Shown in pieces: positions 177,550 through 188,458 of a DNA stretch of 248,000 bases. Position 1 is the stretch's first letter. Every line of letters starts with the position of its first letter. The notes under the pieces were generated by a model. The model made no database searches, was not told the DNA's origin, and was given only the letters and a program-made list of their open reading frames with translations. A program made the position numbers and the translations under genes. This DNA is from Hyalangium minutum (lineage in GTDB: Bacteria > Myxococcota > Myxococcia > Myxococcales > Myxococcaceae). The stretch spans positions 20,001-268,000 of the forward strand of contig NZ_JMCB01000004.1 of NCBI RefSeq assembly GCF_000737315.1, given 5' to 3'.

Positions 177550-178550
177550 TGGCGGCCGACTCCAAACCCGCTCCCGTCCTCCGCCCGAGGGTGGCGGCAG
177601 CCCTCCAGCGTTTGAAGGACATCCGCCCAGGAGAGGCGGCGGGGGCGGTGGGGGAGATCGTGTCCCAGCTCATGGGCTGCGAGGAGCACGTCCTGCTCGC
177701 GCTCGAGCCGGGAGGAGAGCGCTTCGTCGTGTCCTCGGCCATGGGGCTCCCGCCGGAGCGGCTCCAGGCCCTCCTGGTGCCCACGGGCATTGTCGGGCAG
177801 GTGGCCCGGCATGGTGTGCCCTACGTCATCGGCCGGACCAGCTCCGTGGGCGCGGCCCCTCACGAGGCAGGGCTTACCGCCTGCATCCCGATCCTGTCCG
177901 GCCGGCAGGTGAGGGGCGTGCTCGCGCTGTTCCGGATGCTCCCCCAGAAGCGCGGGCTGTCCGACGAGGACCTCGAGCTGTTGGATTTACTCCGCGTGCA
178001 AGGGGCTGCGGCCGTGTCCGAGCCGCGTCAGGGGTTCATTGCCCCGTACGAGCCGCAGCTGTCGTATCCCCTGGGGGAGCCTGCTTCGCTGCGGACGGTC
178101 TACCTGGAGCCGGGGGGCCTGATGGCGGCGTCGCGTCCCACCGAGGTGACGACCATTCTGGGCTCTTGTGTCTCCGTGTGCCTGTGGGACGAGCGTCTGC
178201 GCGTGGGGGGGATGAACCACTTCCTGCTCCCCACCGCGCCCTACGGGCAGGCTCAGAGCAGCCGTCATGGCGATGCCGCCATCCCCATGTTGCTGAGAGA
178301 GCTGGAGCGGCTGGGAAGCCAGCGGTCGAACCTGAGGGCGAAGGTGTTTGGGGGCGCTCATATGGCGGGTCTCTCGGCACCCGGCGCAGCGCTGACCCTG
178401 GGCGAGCGCAATGCCGAACTGGCCCGTCGTCTGTTGGGGGAGGTGGGGATCGCCATCGTTGCCGAAGATCTCGGTGGGCGAGCGGGCAGGAAGTTGCGCT
178501 TTCGCACCGACGATGGAATGGCTCTGGTGAAGACGTTGAGGGCGGGCTGA
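177549..178550 (+). CDS. cheD: GAF-CheD fusion
   Basis: N-terminal GAF; TILGSCVS, GGMNHF, AKVFGG. Confidence 0.88.
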   Translation: MAADSKPAPVLRPRVAAALQRLKDIRPGEAAGAVGEIVSQLMGCEEHVLLALEPGGERFVVSSAMGLPPERLQALLVPTGIVGQVARHGVPYVIGRTSSVGAAPHEAGLTACIPILSGRQVRGVLALFRMLPQKRGLSDEDLELLDLLRVQGAAAVSEPRQGFIAPYEPQLSYPLGEPASLRTVYLEPGGLMAASRPTEVTTILGSCVSVCLWDERLRVGGMNHFLLPTAPYGQAQSSRHGDAAIPMLLRELERLGSQRSNLRAKVFGGAHMAGLSAPGAALTLGERNAELARRLLGEVGIAIVAEDLGGRAGRKLRFRTDDGMALVKTLRAG

Positions 178551-178568
178551 CTGGCCGAGAGAAGAGTC

Positions 178569-178943
178569 ATGGAAGGACATAAGAAGATCCTGCTGGTCGA
178601 TGACTCACCCACGGTCCTGCTGATGGAGCGAATCCTCCTACAGGACGGACCGTATGAGATCATCACTGCTGCCAGTGGAGAAGAGGCGCTGACGCTCGCG
178701 CTCTCCGAGCAGCCGCACGCCATCGTGATGGACGTGGTGATGCCGGGAATGAACGGCTACGAGGTGTGCCGCCGGCTGCGCGATCAGGAGTCCACGCGCA
178801 CCACGCCCATCATCCTGGTGACGACGCGCTCCAGCCTGGAGTCGCTCGAGCGCGGCTACGCGAGCGGCTGCAATGACTACATCGTCAAGCCCTTCGAGGC
178901 CATGGAACTGCGGATGAAGATCGCCAGCTTCGTGGGGTCCTGA
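178569..178943 (+). CDS. Single-domain response regulator (paralog of 177175)
   Basis: Shared KKILLVDDSPTVLLMER. Confidence 0.92.
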   Translation: MEGHKKILLVDDSPTVLLMERILLQDGPYEIITAASGEEALTLALSEQPHAIVMDVVMPGMNGYEVCRRLRDQESTRTTPIILVTTRSSLESLERGYASGCNDYIVKPFEAMELRMKIASFVGS

Positions 178944-180577
178944 TGAAGACGGATCTGGATGCGGTTCGCACGGCGTTTCGCGCCGAGGCCACGGAACTGC
179001 TCGCCGGGCTGGAGAAGGACTTCCTGGCGCTGGAGTCCGCCTCGGATCCCGCGGCGATCGAGAGCGTGCTGCGCTCCGTGCACACGCTCAAGGGCAACTC
179101 CCTGCTGATGGGCTTCCCGGCCGCGTCCGAGGTGGCCCACCGCGTGGAGGATCTGCTCGCGCGGCTGTCTCACCGCACGCGCCCGGTGACGGCGGAGCTG
179201 GTGACGCTGCTGCTGCAGGCGGTGGACACACTCCGGGTGATGCTCGCGGCGCACGGCTCGGAAGGCCGCGAGGCCCCGGATGTGCCCGAGATCCAGCGCC
179301 GGTTGCAGGAGGCGGCGGGCGCGGAGCTGCCCACGGACAGCGCCCCCGCGCCCGAGGGAGCGACCCCTGAGAAGGCCGCCGAGGCCCCGGTGCCCGTCAC
179401 CGCCGAGCGGACGCTGCGAGTGGGGCTGGACCGGCTGGACCGGATGCTGGACCTCACGGGGGAGATCGCCATCTCGCGCGGGCGGCTCACGGCCATGCTG
179501 GAGCAGGCGCACCGCTACTCGCCCCAGGAACTGCTCGAGGCGCACCGCGACGCGGACCGCCTGTACTTGGATCTTCAGGAACTGGTGCTGAAGGCGCGGA
179601 TGGTGCCCATTGGGCGCGCCTTCCAGCCCTTCGCGCGGACGCTGCGCGACTTGTGCGAGGCGTCAGGCAAGCTGGTCCGGCTGGAGGTGAGCGGCGAGGA
179701 CGTGGAGGTGGACACCGCCGTGGTGGACCTCATCCGGGATCCGCTCCTGCACCTGGTGCGCAACGCGGTGGATCACGGCATCGAGACTCCCGCGGTCCGC
179801 AAGCGGCTCGGCAAGGAGTACTACGGCACGTTGAAGCTGAGGGCCTCCCATGAGGCCGGGAGCATCGTCATCGAAGTGGAGGACGATGGCGCCGGGCTCA
179901 ACCGCGAGCGCATCCGCGCGCGGGCTCAGGCCCTGGGGCTGCTCCAGCCGGGCGAGGAGCGCCCGGACGCGGAGCTGTTCCTTCTCATCTTCACGCCGGG
180001 CTTCTCCACGGCCGAGCGCGTCACCGAGCTGTCGGGCCGGGGCATCGGCATGGACGTGGTGAAGCGCAACATCGAGAACCTGCGCGGCTCCATCGCCATC
180101 GACACCCGAGAGGGGCGGGGCACCACCATCCACATGCGCCTGCCGCTGACGCTCTCCATCATCGAGGGCTTCTCGGTGAAGGTGGGGGAGGAGACGTACA
180201 TCCTGCCCCTGCAGAGCGTGCTCGAGTGCGTGGAGTTGCCCGAGACCGAGAAGCGCCCAGGGCACACCGGTGTGCTCAACCTGCGGGGCCAGCCGCTGCC
180301 CTACCTGCGGCTGCGCGAGCATTTCTCCGTGGAGGGGCCGCCCCCCGCCCGAGAGAGCGTGGTCGTCATCTCCCAAGGCCGGGGACAGGCGGGCCTCGCC
180401 GTGGACGCGCTGCTTGGGCAGGGTCAGACGGTCGTCAAGCCGCTCGGCAAGGTGTTCCAGGACGTCTCTGGTGTTTCAGGCTCCGCCATCCTCGGCACCG
180501 GCCGGGTCGCCCTGATCCTCGACGTTCCTTCACTCCTTCAAAAAGCGCTCCGCAACCTTCCAGCCGCAGCGTCGTAA
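178943..180577 (+). CDS. cheA: Chemotaxis kinase CheA
   Basis: HTLKG, NAVDHG, GRGIGMD. Confidence 0.96.
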   Translation: MKTDLDAVRTAFRAEATELLAGLEKDFLALESASDPAAIESVLRSVHTLKGNSLLMGFPAASEVAHRVEDLLARLSHRTRPVTAELVTLLLQAVDTLRVMLAAHGSEGREAPDVPEIQRRLQEAAGAELPTDSAPAPEGATPEKAAEAPVPVTAERTLRVGLDRLDRMLDLTGEIAISRGRLTAMLEQAHRYSPQELLEAHRDADRLYLDLQELVLKARMVPIGRAFQPFARTLRDLCEASGKLVRLEVSGEDVEVDTAVVDLIRDPLLHLVRNAVDHGIETPAVRKRLGKEYYGTLKLRASHEAGSIVIEVEDDGAGLNRERIRARAQALGLLQPGEERPDAELFLLIFTPGFSTAERVTELSGRGIGMDVVKRNIENLRGSIAIDTREGRGTTIHMRLPLTLSIIEGFSVKVGEETYILPLQSVLECVELPETEKRPGHTGVLNLRGQPLPYLRLREHFSVEGPPPARESVVVISQGRGQAGLAVDALLGQGQTVVKPLGKVFQDVSGVSGSAILGTGRVALILDVPSLLQKALRNLPAAAS

Positions 180578-180604
180578 GCCGTAAACCGTAGTCCGCTTTG
180601 GGGA

Positions 180605-182326
180605 ATGCCCATGTCCTGGTTTCAGAATCTGAAGATCTTCCCCAAGCTGCTCATTGCCCTGTCGTTGGTGCTGGGCATCGCCACGGGCATTGGCGTCTTC
180701 GCCGTCCGGCAGTTGGCGGACCTGCATCGCGCCATGCGGAACATCGTCGATGACGAGATGGAGTCGGTCTTCCAGGTCTCCTCCATCGTGAGTGATTTTC
180801 GCGCCTACCGGGTCGCCGAGCTGCAGCATGTGCTCGCCTCGGATCCGGAGCCGATGGCGCGCTACGAACGCATCATGGACGAGCTGTCCAAGCAGATGAC
180901 CAACGCCGCTATGGCCTACGAGCCGCTCATCGTCGACAACGAGGAGCGCCGCATCTATGCGGAGCTCGGGGCTCTCTGGAGGGAGTACCAAGCCGAGCAT
181001 GAGAAGCTCTTGGCAGTGTCGCGGCGGAACGAGGACGAGCAGGCCCGGGTGATCATCAATGGCCAGTCCGCGAAGATCTTCGAAGAGATGGCCTCCAAGC
181101 AGTTGGGCCTGGTGGGCATCAACCTCCGGACCAGCCGTGACGCCGCGACGGTTGCGGATCACACCTATGAGGACGCCCGGCAGTTGATCACCGTCCTGTT
181201 GGTGGCGGGGTTTCTGATGGGCTTCTTCTTGTGCACGCTCATTTCCCTGAGCATCTCCCGGCCGCTGTCGCATGCCGCGCAGGTGGCCGGCCGCATCGCC
181301 GAGGGAGATCTGTCGGTGCGCCTCGACGAGGATCGCCAGGACGAGACGGGCATGCTGCTGGCCGCCATGCGCTCCATGGTCCAGCGGCTCGCGCAAGTCA
181401 TCGGCGAGGTGAGGGCCGGGGCGGTGGCGTTGACGTCGGCGGCCGCGCAGGTGTCCTCCTCCTCGCAGAGCCTCTCCCAAGGCACCGCCGAGCAGGCCAG
181501 CAGCGTGGAAGAGACCACGGCCAGCCTGGAGGAGATGAACGCCACCATCGAGCAGAACAGCCAGCACAGCCGGCTCATGGAGCAGATCGCCGTCAAGGGC
181601 GCCCAGGAGGCCAGCGAGAGCGGCGAGGCCGTCAAGCAGACGGTGGATGCGATGGGCGCCATCGCCAAGAAGATCAACATCATCGAGGAGATCGCCTACC
181701 AGACGAACCTGCTGGCGCTGAACGCGGCCATCGAGGCGGCCCGGGCCGGGGAGCACGGCAAGGGCTTTGCGGTGGTGGCCACGGAGGTGCGCAAGCTGGC
181801 CGAGCGCAGCCGCGCGGCGGCCCAGGAGATCAGCGAGCTGGCGGGTAAGAGCGTGAAGGTGTCAGAGCGCTCCGGCGAGCTGCTGCAGGCACTGGTGCCG
181901 TCCATCCAGAAGACGGCGCAGCTGGTGCAGGAGGTGGTGGCCGCCAGCGGCGAGCAGGCAGTGGGCGTGCGGCAGGTGAACCGGGCGATGATGCAGGTGG
182001 ATCAGGTGACGCAGCGCAACGCCTCCGCTGCCGAGGAGCTGTCCGCCACGGCGGAGGAGATGTCCGCGCAGGCCGACACGCTGCAGCAGCTCGTGTCGTT
182101 CTTCCGCGTGGGAGAGTCCGAGAGCCGGACGCCATGGCCGACCTTGCATAAGCCCGGCGGCGGCAAGCCCGCGCAGGCTGGCAAGGCCCCTCCCGCGTGG
182201 AGCGATTCCGACGCGGTGCATGGCCTGAAGGCGATCAGCCACGGGTCGCTCTCCCATCCGCCCTCGAAGGAAGAGAAGAGGCTATCGGCCCTGTCCTCTG
182301 AGGATCGTGAGTTCAAGCGCTTCTAG
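180605..182326 (+). CDS. Methyl-accepting chemotaxis protein
   Basis: 4HB sensor, [21 protein letters not shown]. Confidence 0.96.
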   Translation: MPMSWFQNLKIFPKLLIALSLVLGIATGIGVFAVRQLADLHRAMRNIVDDEMESVFQVSSIVSDFRAYRVAELQHVLASDPEPMARYERIMDELSKQMTNAAMAYEPLIVDNEERRIYAELGALWREYQAEHEKLLAVSRRNEDEQARVIINGQSAKIFEEMASKQLGLVGINLRTSRDAATVADHTYEDARQLITVLLVAGFLMGFFLCTLISLSISRPLSHAAQVAGRIAEGDLSVRLDEDRQDETGMLLAAMRSMVQRLAQVIGEVRAGAVALTSAAAQVSSSSQSLSQGTAEQASSVEETTASLEEMNATIEQNSQHSRLMEQIAVKGAQEASESGEAVKQTVDAMGAIAKKINIIEEIAYQTNLLALNAAIEAARAGEHGKGFAVVATEVRKLAERSRAAAQEISELAGKSVKVSERSGELLQALVPSIQKTAQLVQEVVAASGEQAVGVRQVNRAMMQVDQVTQRNASAAEELSATAEEMSAQADTLQQLVSFFRVGESESRTPWPTLHKPGGGKPAQAGKAPPAWSDSDAVHGLKAISHGSLSHPPSKEEKRLSALSSEDREFKRF

Positions 182327-182335
182327 GAGCCCGCC

Positions 182336-182836
182336 ATGAGCCAGCCTGCGGCCTCGTCTGTCGTGCAGTACCTGAGCTTCTTCATTGCTGGAGAGGAGTA
182401 TGCCGTCGGGATCCTCCAGGTTCGGGAGATCATCGAGCATGACTCGGTGACGCGCGTGCCCGGTGCGCCCGCCTGGATCCGCGGGGTGACGAACCTGCGG
182501 GGCAGCGTGCTCCCCGTCATCGATCTGGCGATGAAGTTCGGCCTGCCGCCCAGCACCATCAACCGCCGCAGCTGCATCGTCGTGGTGGAGGTGGCGTTCC
182601 AGGGCGAGAAGCTGGTGATGGGGATGCTGGCGGATGCCGTCGGGCAGGTGCTGGATCTCGGCTCCGGGGACGTGGAGCCGCCGCCCGCCTTCGGTACGCC
182701 CGTGCACGCCGACTACCTCGCCGGGATGGGAAAGGCGGGGAGGAAGTTCATCCTCCTGCTGGACATCGATCGGCTGCTGAACCACCAGGAGCTCCGGGCC
182801 GCCAGCGCGGTGACGCCCGAGCGCGCGGCCTCATGA
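182336..182836 (+). CDS. cheW: CheW
   Basis: GVTNLRG, GMLADAV. Confidence 0.95.
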   Translation: MSQPAASSVVQYLSFFIAGEEYAVGILQVREIIEHDSVTRVPGAPAWIRGVTNLRGSVLPVIDLAMKFGLPPSTINRRSCIVVVEVAFQGEKLVMGMLADAVGQVLDLGSGDVEPPPAFGTPVHADYLAGMGKAGRKFILLLDIDRLLNHQELRAASAVTPERAAS

Positions 182837-183723
182837 GCCAGGAGCCCAGTCCTTCGCCGCTGGCCTCTGAGCCGCTGGCCTTCGTAGGCCTGCCGGAGCT
182901 GTCCGACCGCGTCTTCTACAGCTACCGGAGGCTCATCTACCAGGAGGCTGGCATCTACCTGGGGCCGCACAAGAAGGCGCTGCTGATGGGGCGGCTGTCC
183001 CGCCGGCTGCGTGAGCTGGGGATCTCCTTCGGCGCCTACCTGCACCAGGTGGAGGAGGACGCGATCGAGCGTGCGCGGATGCTGGAGGCCATCTGCACGC
183101 ACGAGACGCGCTTCTTCCGCGAGCCCCGGCACTTCGACTTCCTCGAGCGCGAGGTGCTGCCTCGGTGGGTCTCTCAGGGAGGCACGGATTCGGGCGGCAA
183201 GCAGGTGCGGATCTGGAGCGCGGGGTGCTCCTCGGGTGAGGAGGCCTTCTCGCTGGCCATGGTGCTGCGCTACCACCTGCCTGCGGAGGAGGGGTGGACG
183301 ATCGAGATCCTCGCGACGGATCTGTCCACGCGCATCCTGGAGCGCGCGCGCCAGACGCTGTGGCCCTTGGATCGCGCAACGGAGATCCCCACCCGCTACC
183401 TCAAGGCCTTCATGCTCCGTGGCACCGGCAGCCAGGAGGGGGTGATGAAGGCAGGCCCCGAGCTGCGCCCGCTGGTCCAGTTCCAGCGCGTCAACCTCAA
183501 CGAGGAGAGCCTCCCGGTGCTCGGCCGTTTCGATCTCCTTTTCTGCCGCAACGTCTTCATCTACTTCGACGCGGCCTCCAAGGCCCGGGCGGTGGATCGG
183601 CTTGTCGGACGCCTCGCCTCCAAGGGCTACTTCTTCGTCGGCCACGCAGAGAGCCTGGGCGCCGTGACGCACCGCCTCCAGCTTGTCCAGCCCACCATCT
183701 ACACCCTGGTTGCGGCGGACTAG
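182833..183723 (+). CDS. cheR: CheR methyltransferase
   Basis: THETRFFR, WSAGCSSGEE, CRNV. Confidence 0.95.
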   Translation: MSQEPSPSPLASEPLAFVGLPELSDRVFYSYRRLIYQEAGIYLGPHKKALLMGRLSRRLRELGISFGAYLHQVEEDAIERARMLEAICTHETRFFREPRHFDFLEREVLPRWVSQGGTDSGGKQVRIWSAGCSSGEEAFSLAMVLRYHLPAEEGWTIEILATDLSTRILERARQTLWPLDRATEIPTRYLKAFMLRGTGSQEGVMKAGPELRPLVQFQRVNLNEESLPVLGRFDLLFCRNVFIYFDAASKARAVDRLVGRLASKGYFFVGHAESLGAVTHRLQLVQPTIYTLVAAD

Positions 183724-183849
183724 GCGGGTTTCACGGCTCTGGCTTGGGCAGCGGGGAAAACGGGAATGACTTGATGGGCCTGTAAAATTCGGCTATGGTC
183801 GAATCATCCAATTCAGGGAACCCCCTTCCCGTGAAGACAGGAGGCATGG

Positions 183850-184395
183850 ATGAAGCGCCTGCTGCTGTTGCCCTTCTCGCTGGTTGCCACCCTCGGCTTC
183901 GGTTGTAGTAATTCCTCTTCAGGAGACGCACCTCAGCCCACACAGCAGGTGCAAGTAAAGAAGCGGACGCAGGCGCTGAGCACCGACCGGGTGACGTTGG
184001 AGGAGGTGGCGGTGAGCGAGGCGGTGCTGACTGCGGCGGGGAGCGAGGCCTCCGTGCGCGCGTTCCGGATCGTGTCGTCCGCGGAGGACATCACGATGGG
184101 AGAGCTCGCCTCGGCGGCGCACGTGGTGGGCGCCTCGGAGGTGGCGAACCTGCCGTGGCAGGTCGAGGCCGAGCGGGGCCAGGACGACACGCGCCGGGCG
184201 CTGAAGTACCTGGACGCGCTGGTGCCGGCCATCGAGGCGGAGGTGGGCACGGGCGAGGATTACAACTCGGGCTACCAGCATTGGTTCCAGACGGTAGGAG
184301 AGGATCTCTGCAACCACGGCGACTTCTACAGCCTGGTGTTCAAGCAGACAGGCCTGGTGTTCGTGATCGAGGCCTCGGGCGCCACTGAGTGCTGA
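183850..184395 (+). CDS. Lipoprotein, unknown function
   Basis: Lipobox GFGC. Confidence 0.6.
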   Translation: MKRLLLLPFSLVATLGFGCSNSSSGDAPQPTQQVQVKKRTQALSTDRVTLEEVAVSEAVLTAAGSEASVRAFRIVSSAEDITMGELASAAHVVGASEVANLPWQVEAERGQDDTRRALKYLDALVPAIEAEVGTGEDYNSGYQHWFQTVGEDLCNHGDFYSLVFKQTGLVFVIEASGATEC

Positions 184396-184401
184396 TGAGA
184401 C

Positions 184402-184901
184402 TCAGGGGGCGGGCCCAGCGTCCGCCCCTGTGTCCTCGCGGATGATCCGTTCGAGCCATTGGTAGTTTGTGGCGAAGGCGGTGCTCGTGATGGTGGAGTA
184501 GACAGGGGCGCCACCGCCTCGAATGATCCCAATGAGGGTCGGACGCTCCTGACCTTGCTCCCACTTGAAGCAAGGTCCTCCACTGTCTCCCTGGTAGGCA
184601 TGAACGCCGGGCTTGAGCACCCTCAAGAGCTCTCCCTCCACCTGGGAGATCTGCGTGCGCCCGAAGTAACGGTCGCCTGAGCTTGGCTCGGCTGCCAGGG
184701 ATGTATCTCCAAATCCAACTTGCCTCCCAGGATGTAGGGCTGCTCTCTGCGAGGCGGGGCAGAGGACTCGCGCGTCTCCGGGGTGAAGCCCGCGTCAGTC
184801 ACGCAGCCTCCACAGAGAAACAACACCATCAAGCACGGCAGCATTCGGAGTTGAGGCATCAAGGCGGACCTTTCTGGAGAGCGGCCTCCTGGGCGCGTCA
184901 T
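184402..184901 (-). pseudogene. Internally deleted trypsin-like protease remnant
   Basis: Signal/lipobox fragment and GDSGGP fragment in different frames; catalytic His region missing. Confidence 0.55.
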
Positions 184902-185878
184902 GGGGGCTTGGGGCTGCGCACCGTGGAACGCAGCCAGTCACGGTAGGGTGGGATACGGGTGAAGGTGGGCTCCAGGCCCAAGCCCCTGGCCGAGATTCCC
185001 ACCAGAAGCAGACCGTGAGCTCTCTCCCGGAGGCATGGACCGCCGCTGTCTCCTTTGAAGAGTTCTCGCTGGGGTTGCTCGAAGAGGATCCGCTCACTCC
185101 CAGGGGCTGCCGGTCCCACCGCTTTGTAGCGGGTGAAGCGGCGAGCACCCCCGCTGATGTTTCCCTGCAGAGAGTCAGTGCTCGTCCCACCCACGAGGAC
185201 GAAGGGTTCCCCCGGTTGAAGTTCCTCTCGTGAGAGCTGAACCGGGGTGTATTCCCGTTCCACGGGTGTCTCTAAAAGGATGAGCGCCAGATCTGCGCGG
185301 CTGGACTCCACCCTGCCTTCTTTGTCGAGAAGGATCTGGAAGTCGGGGTGAGGCCGAACCTCAGTCCCAGGGTAGGTCTGGGTCCAGCTGCAGGAAGGGA
185401 GGAAGTCATTTCCTTGGGAGGCATCCCAGAGCGACACCGTGATCTTGGGGTGAGACGCGCAGGACGTGCCATCGATAACGACTTTGCCCTGCTGTCCCGG
185501 CGTAGTGACGGGTTTTCTGACGCAGACGCAGTGCCCAGCCGTGAGCACCCACTGCGGAGCGAGCAACACGCTGCTGCACCAGCCATAGATGCCTGCGAGC
185601 ATGGGCTCGGATGTCGTGACCTGAACGGCTGCGGAGTAGCGGTTCCTGAAGTCTTCTCTGCCGGCCAGATCGAGATAGTAGTGCTTACGTGGATAGGGCC
185701 GTTCTGGAGGCAGAGCAGGGTCGGCATCTACAGGCTCGGTAGGTGTGGCTTCAGCAGTCACTGTTCCCGCATCCACCTGTATGGGGCTTGGTTCATGCCG
185801 GCCCTTGCAGCTGATCGTAGTGGCGAGCAGGGCGAGGGTCAGGGGCACGAGGACGCGTGAAGGCCAATGGTGAGTCAT
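184898..185878 (-). CDS. Trypsin-like serine protease lipoprotein
   Basis: TAGHC, DLAL, GDSGGP. Confidence 0.85.
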   Translation of the reverse strand: MTHHWPSRVLVPLTLALLATTISCKGRHEPSPIQVDAGTVTAEATPTEPVDADPALPPERPYPRKHYYLDLAGREDFRNRYSAAVQVTTSEPMLAGIYGWCSSVLLAPQWVLTAGHCVCVRKPVTTPGQQGKVVIDGTSCASHPKITVSLWDASQGNDFLPSCSWTQTYPGTEVRPHPDFQILLDKEGRVESSRADLALILLETPVEREYTPVQLSREELQPGEPFVLVGGTSTDSLQGNISGGARRFTRYKAVGPAAPGSERILFEQPQRELFKGDSGGPCLRERAHGLLLVGISARGLGLEPTFTRIPPYRDWLRSTVRSPKPP

Positions 185879-185986
185879 CTTCTGGTCTGAAGGGAGCAAG
185901 CAGGCAGCGGCGGCCGATGGAAGGTCGACTAGGATGAGGGTAACAGGCTGTTCGGAGTACGGACATCTGGGTGAGGAGCGGCAGGC

Positions 185987-188356
185987 ATGGCGGATGCGCG
186001 CAGCAACGAGCAGGTAGCGCCCAAGGACCCTGTTGGATCTTCGGCCTCGCTCGCCAGGGCGCTGCCCAGCGCCCAGCCCCCGATCGAGCCGAAGCCGCCC
186101 GCCGTGGGCCCCGTGCAGGAAGTGGCCGGTGGTGTGCCCGCGGTGATGTCCTCGCTCCAGCACGCCTGGGGCGAGATGGGGGCCATCCGTGGCACCCAGT
186201 TGCTGCTCAAGCTCAACCAGCAAGACGGCTTCGACTGTCCCGGCTGTGCCTGGCCGGATCCCGATACCCACCGCTCCGTCGCGGAGTTCTGCGAGAACGG
186301 CGCGAAGGCCGTGGCCGAGGAAGGCACCCTGGCCCGGATCACCCCGGAGTTCTTCCGTCAGCACAGCGTCTCCGAGCTCGCCGCGCAGTCGGACCTGTGG
186401 CTCGGCAAGCAGGGCCGCCTGACGCACCCCATGGTGCTGCGCGAGGGCGGCACGCACTACGAGCCGATCTCGTGGGAGGCGGCGTTCGCGCTCGTGGCAG
186501 AGGAACTGAACGCGCTTGGCTCGCCGGACGAGGCTTGCTTCTACACCTCCGGCCGCACCAGCAACGAGGCTGCGTTCCTCTACCAGCTCTTCGTGCGGCA
186601 GTTCGGCACCAACAACCTGCCGGACTGCGCCGATCTGTGCCACGAGTCGAGCGGCACGGCCCTCAATGAAGCGATCGGCATCGGCAAGGGCACGGTGACG
186701 CTGGAGGACTTCGAGAAGGCCGAGGCCATCTTCGTCATTGGCCAGAACCCTGGCACCAACCATCCGCGCATGCTCACCTCGCTGCAGGCAGCAGCCCGGC
186801 GAGGGTGCCAGATCGTCAGCATCAACCCGCTGCCCGAGACGGGCCTCAACCGCTTCAAGCATCCCCAGGAGCTGATCCAGCTCATCGGGCCGGGCACGGC
186901 CATCAACCGCCTATGGCTGCCCGTGCGCATCAACGGCGACGTGGCGCTGCTGAAGGGCCTGGGCAAGGCGCTCCTGGAGGAGGATGCGAAGCGGCCCGGC
187001 CAGGTGGTGGCCAAGGACTTCATCCGGCAGCGGACCACGGGCTTCGAGGCCTACGTGGAGGCCCTGCGCGCCATCTCCTGGGATGAGGTGGTGGAGCAGA
187101 GCGGAGTGCCCGCCGATCAGATCCGCGCGGCGGCGCAGATCCTGGCGAACTCGGACCGGACGATCTTCTGCTGGGCCATGGGGCTCACGCAGCACCAGAA
187201 TGCCGTGGCGAACATCCAGGAGATCGCCAACCTGGCGCTGATGCGAGGCAGCATCGGCAAGCCGGGCGCAGGGCTGTGCCCGGTGCGAGGCCACAGCAAC
187301 GTCCAGGGCGATCGGACCATGGGCATCGTGGAGAAGCCAGCCCCCGCGTTCTTGGACGCGCTCCAGCGCGAGTTCTCCTTCGAGCCTCCGCGCAACCCGG
187401 GCCTGGATACCGTGGCCACCATCCGTGCCATGCACGCCGGGCAGGTGAAGGTGCTCTTCGCGCTCGGGGGGAACTTCCTATCGGCCACGCCGGACACCGA
187501 GTTCACCGCCGAGGCTCTGCGCCGCACGCGCCTCACCGCGCACGTGTCCACCAAGCTGAACCGGGCGCACCTCGTTCACGGCCGACGGGCGCTCATCCTC
187601 CCGTGCCTCGGGCGCACCGAGCGGGATGTCCGCACGGGCGGCGAGCAGTTCGTCACGGTGGAGAACTCGATGGGCGTGGTGCACACCTCGCGGGGCGCGG
187701 TGGAGCCCGCCTCCGAGCACCTGCGCAGCGAGCCGGACATTGTCGCTGGGCTGGCGCGGGCGGTGCTCGGCCAGCGCAGCCGGGTGGAGTGGCAGGCGCT
187801 GGTGGAGGACTACGATCGCATCCGTGAGCGTATCGCGCGTGTCGTGCCGGGCTTCCAGGACTTCAACCGGCGCGTGCGCGAACCGGGCGGCTTCTACCTG
187901 CCCAACGGGCCGCGCGAGGGCCGCTTCACCACGCCCGATGGCAAGGCGCGCTTCACGGTTCACCCGCTGCCGCGCATCGAGCTGGCCCCGGGCCAGTTGC
188001 TGATGATGACGATCCGCAGCCACGACCAGTACAACACCACGCTGTACGGACTGGATGATCGGTATCGCGGCATCCTCAATGGGCGGCGGGTGGTGCTGCT
188101 GAACCCGGAGGACATGCGCGCGCTGGGAGTCTCCGAGGGGCAGGTGGTGGATCTCACGAGCCACTTCCGGGGCGAGCAGCGCGTAGCGCGCCGCTTCGTG
188201 GTGGTGCCTTACCGGATCCCCCGGCGGTGCGCGGCCACGTACTTCCCCGAGACCAACGTGTTGGTGCCCATCGACAACTACGCGGAGAAGAGCCGCACGC
188301 CGGCCTCGAAGTCGGTGGTCATCAGCGTGACGCCTTCAGACGCGACGAGGGGCTGA
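185987..188356 (+). CDS. FdhF/YdeP family molybdopterin oxidoreductase
   Basis: FDCPGCAW, FCENG, CHESSG, RSHDQYNT. Confidence 0.92.
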   Translation: MADARSNEQVAPKDPVGSSASLARALPSAQPPIEPKPPAVGPVQEVAGGVPAVMSSLQHAWGEMGAIRGTQLLLKLNQQDGFDCPGCAWPDPDTHRSVAEFCENGAKAVAEEGTLARITPEFFRQHSVSELAAQSDLWLGKQGRLTHPMVLREGGTHYEPISWEAAFALVAEELNALGSPDEACFYTSGRTSNEAAFLYQLFVRQFGTNNLPDCADLCHESSGTALNEAIGIGKGTVTLEDFEKAEAIFVIGQNPGTNHPRMLTSLQAAARRGCQIVSINPLPETGLNRFKHPQELIQLIGPGTAINRLWLPVRINGDVALLKGLGKALLEEDAKRPGQVVAKDFIRQRTTGFEAYVEALRAISWDEVVEQSGVPADQIRAAAQILANSDRTIFCWAMGLTQHQNAVANIQEIANLALMRGSIGKPGAGLCPVRGHSNVQGDRTMGIVEKPAPAFLDALQREFSFEPPRNPGLDTVATIRAMHAGQVKVLFALGGNFLSATPDTEFTAEALRRTRLTAHVSTKLNRAHLVHGRRALILPCLGRTERDVRTGGEQFVTVENSMGVVHTSRGAVEPASEHLRSEPDIVAGLARAVLGQRSRVEWQALVEDYDRIRERIARVVPGFQDFNRRVREPGGFYLPNGPREGRFTTPDGKARFTVHPLPRIELAPGQLLMMTIRSHDQYNTTLYGLDDRYRGILNGRRVVLLNPEDMRALGVSEGQVVDLTSHFRGEQRVARRFVVVPYRIPRRCAATYFPETNVLVPIDNYAEKSRTPASKSVVISVTPSDATRG

Positions 188357-188458
188357 CAGGGGAGGGCGCCGCTCATGCTGAACGGCACCCCGTGGGTGCC
188401 AGCGCGGCGCCTCGAATCCATCTGAGGCGCCGCGGGTGCTGCGCTCACGGCCGCTACC

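Noticed and set aside
185987-188356. FdhF-like gene as the selenoprotein served by tRNA-Sec
   Set aside because: ORF is uninterrupted with no in-frame TGA and has YdeP-type motifs.
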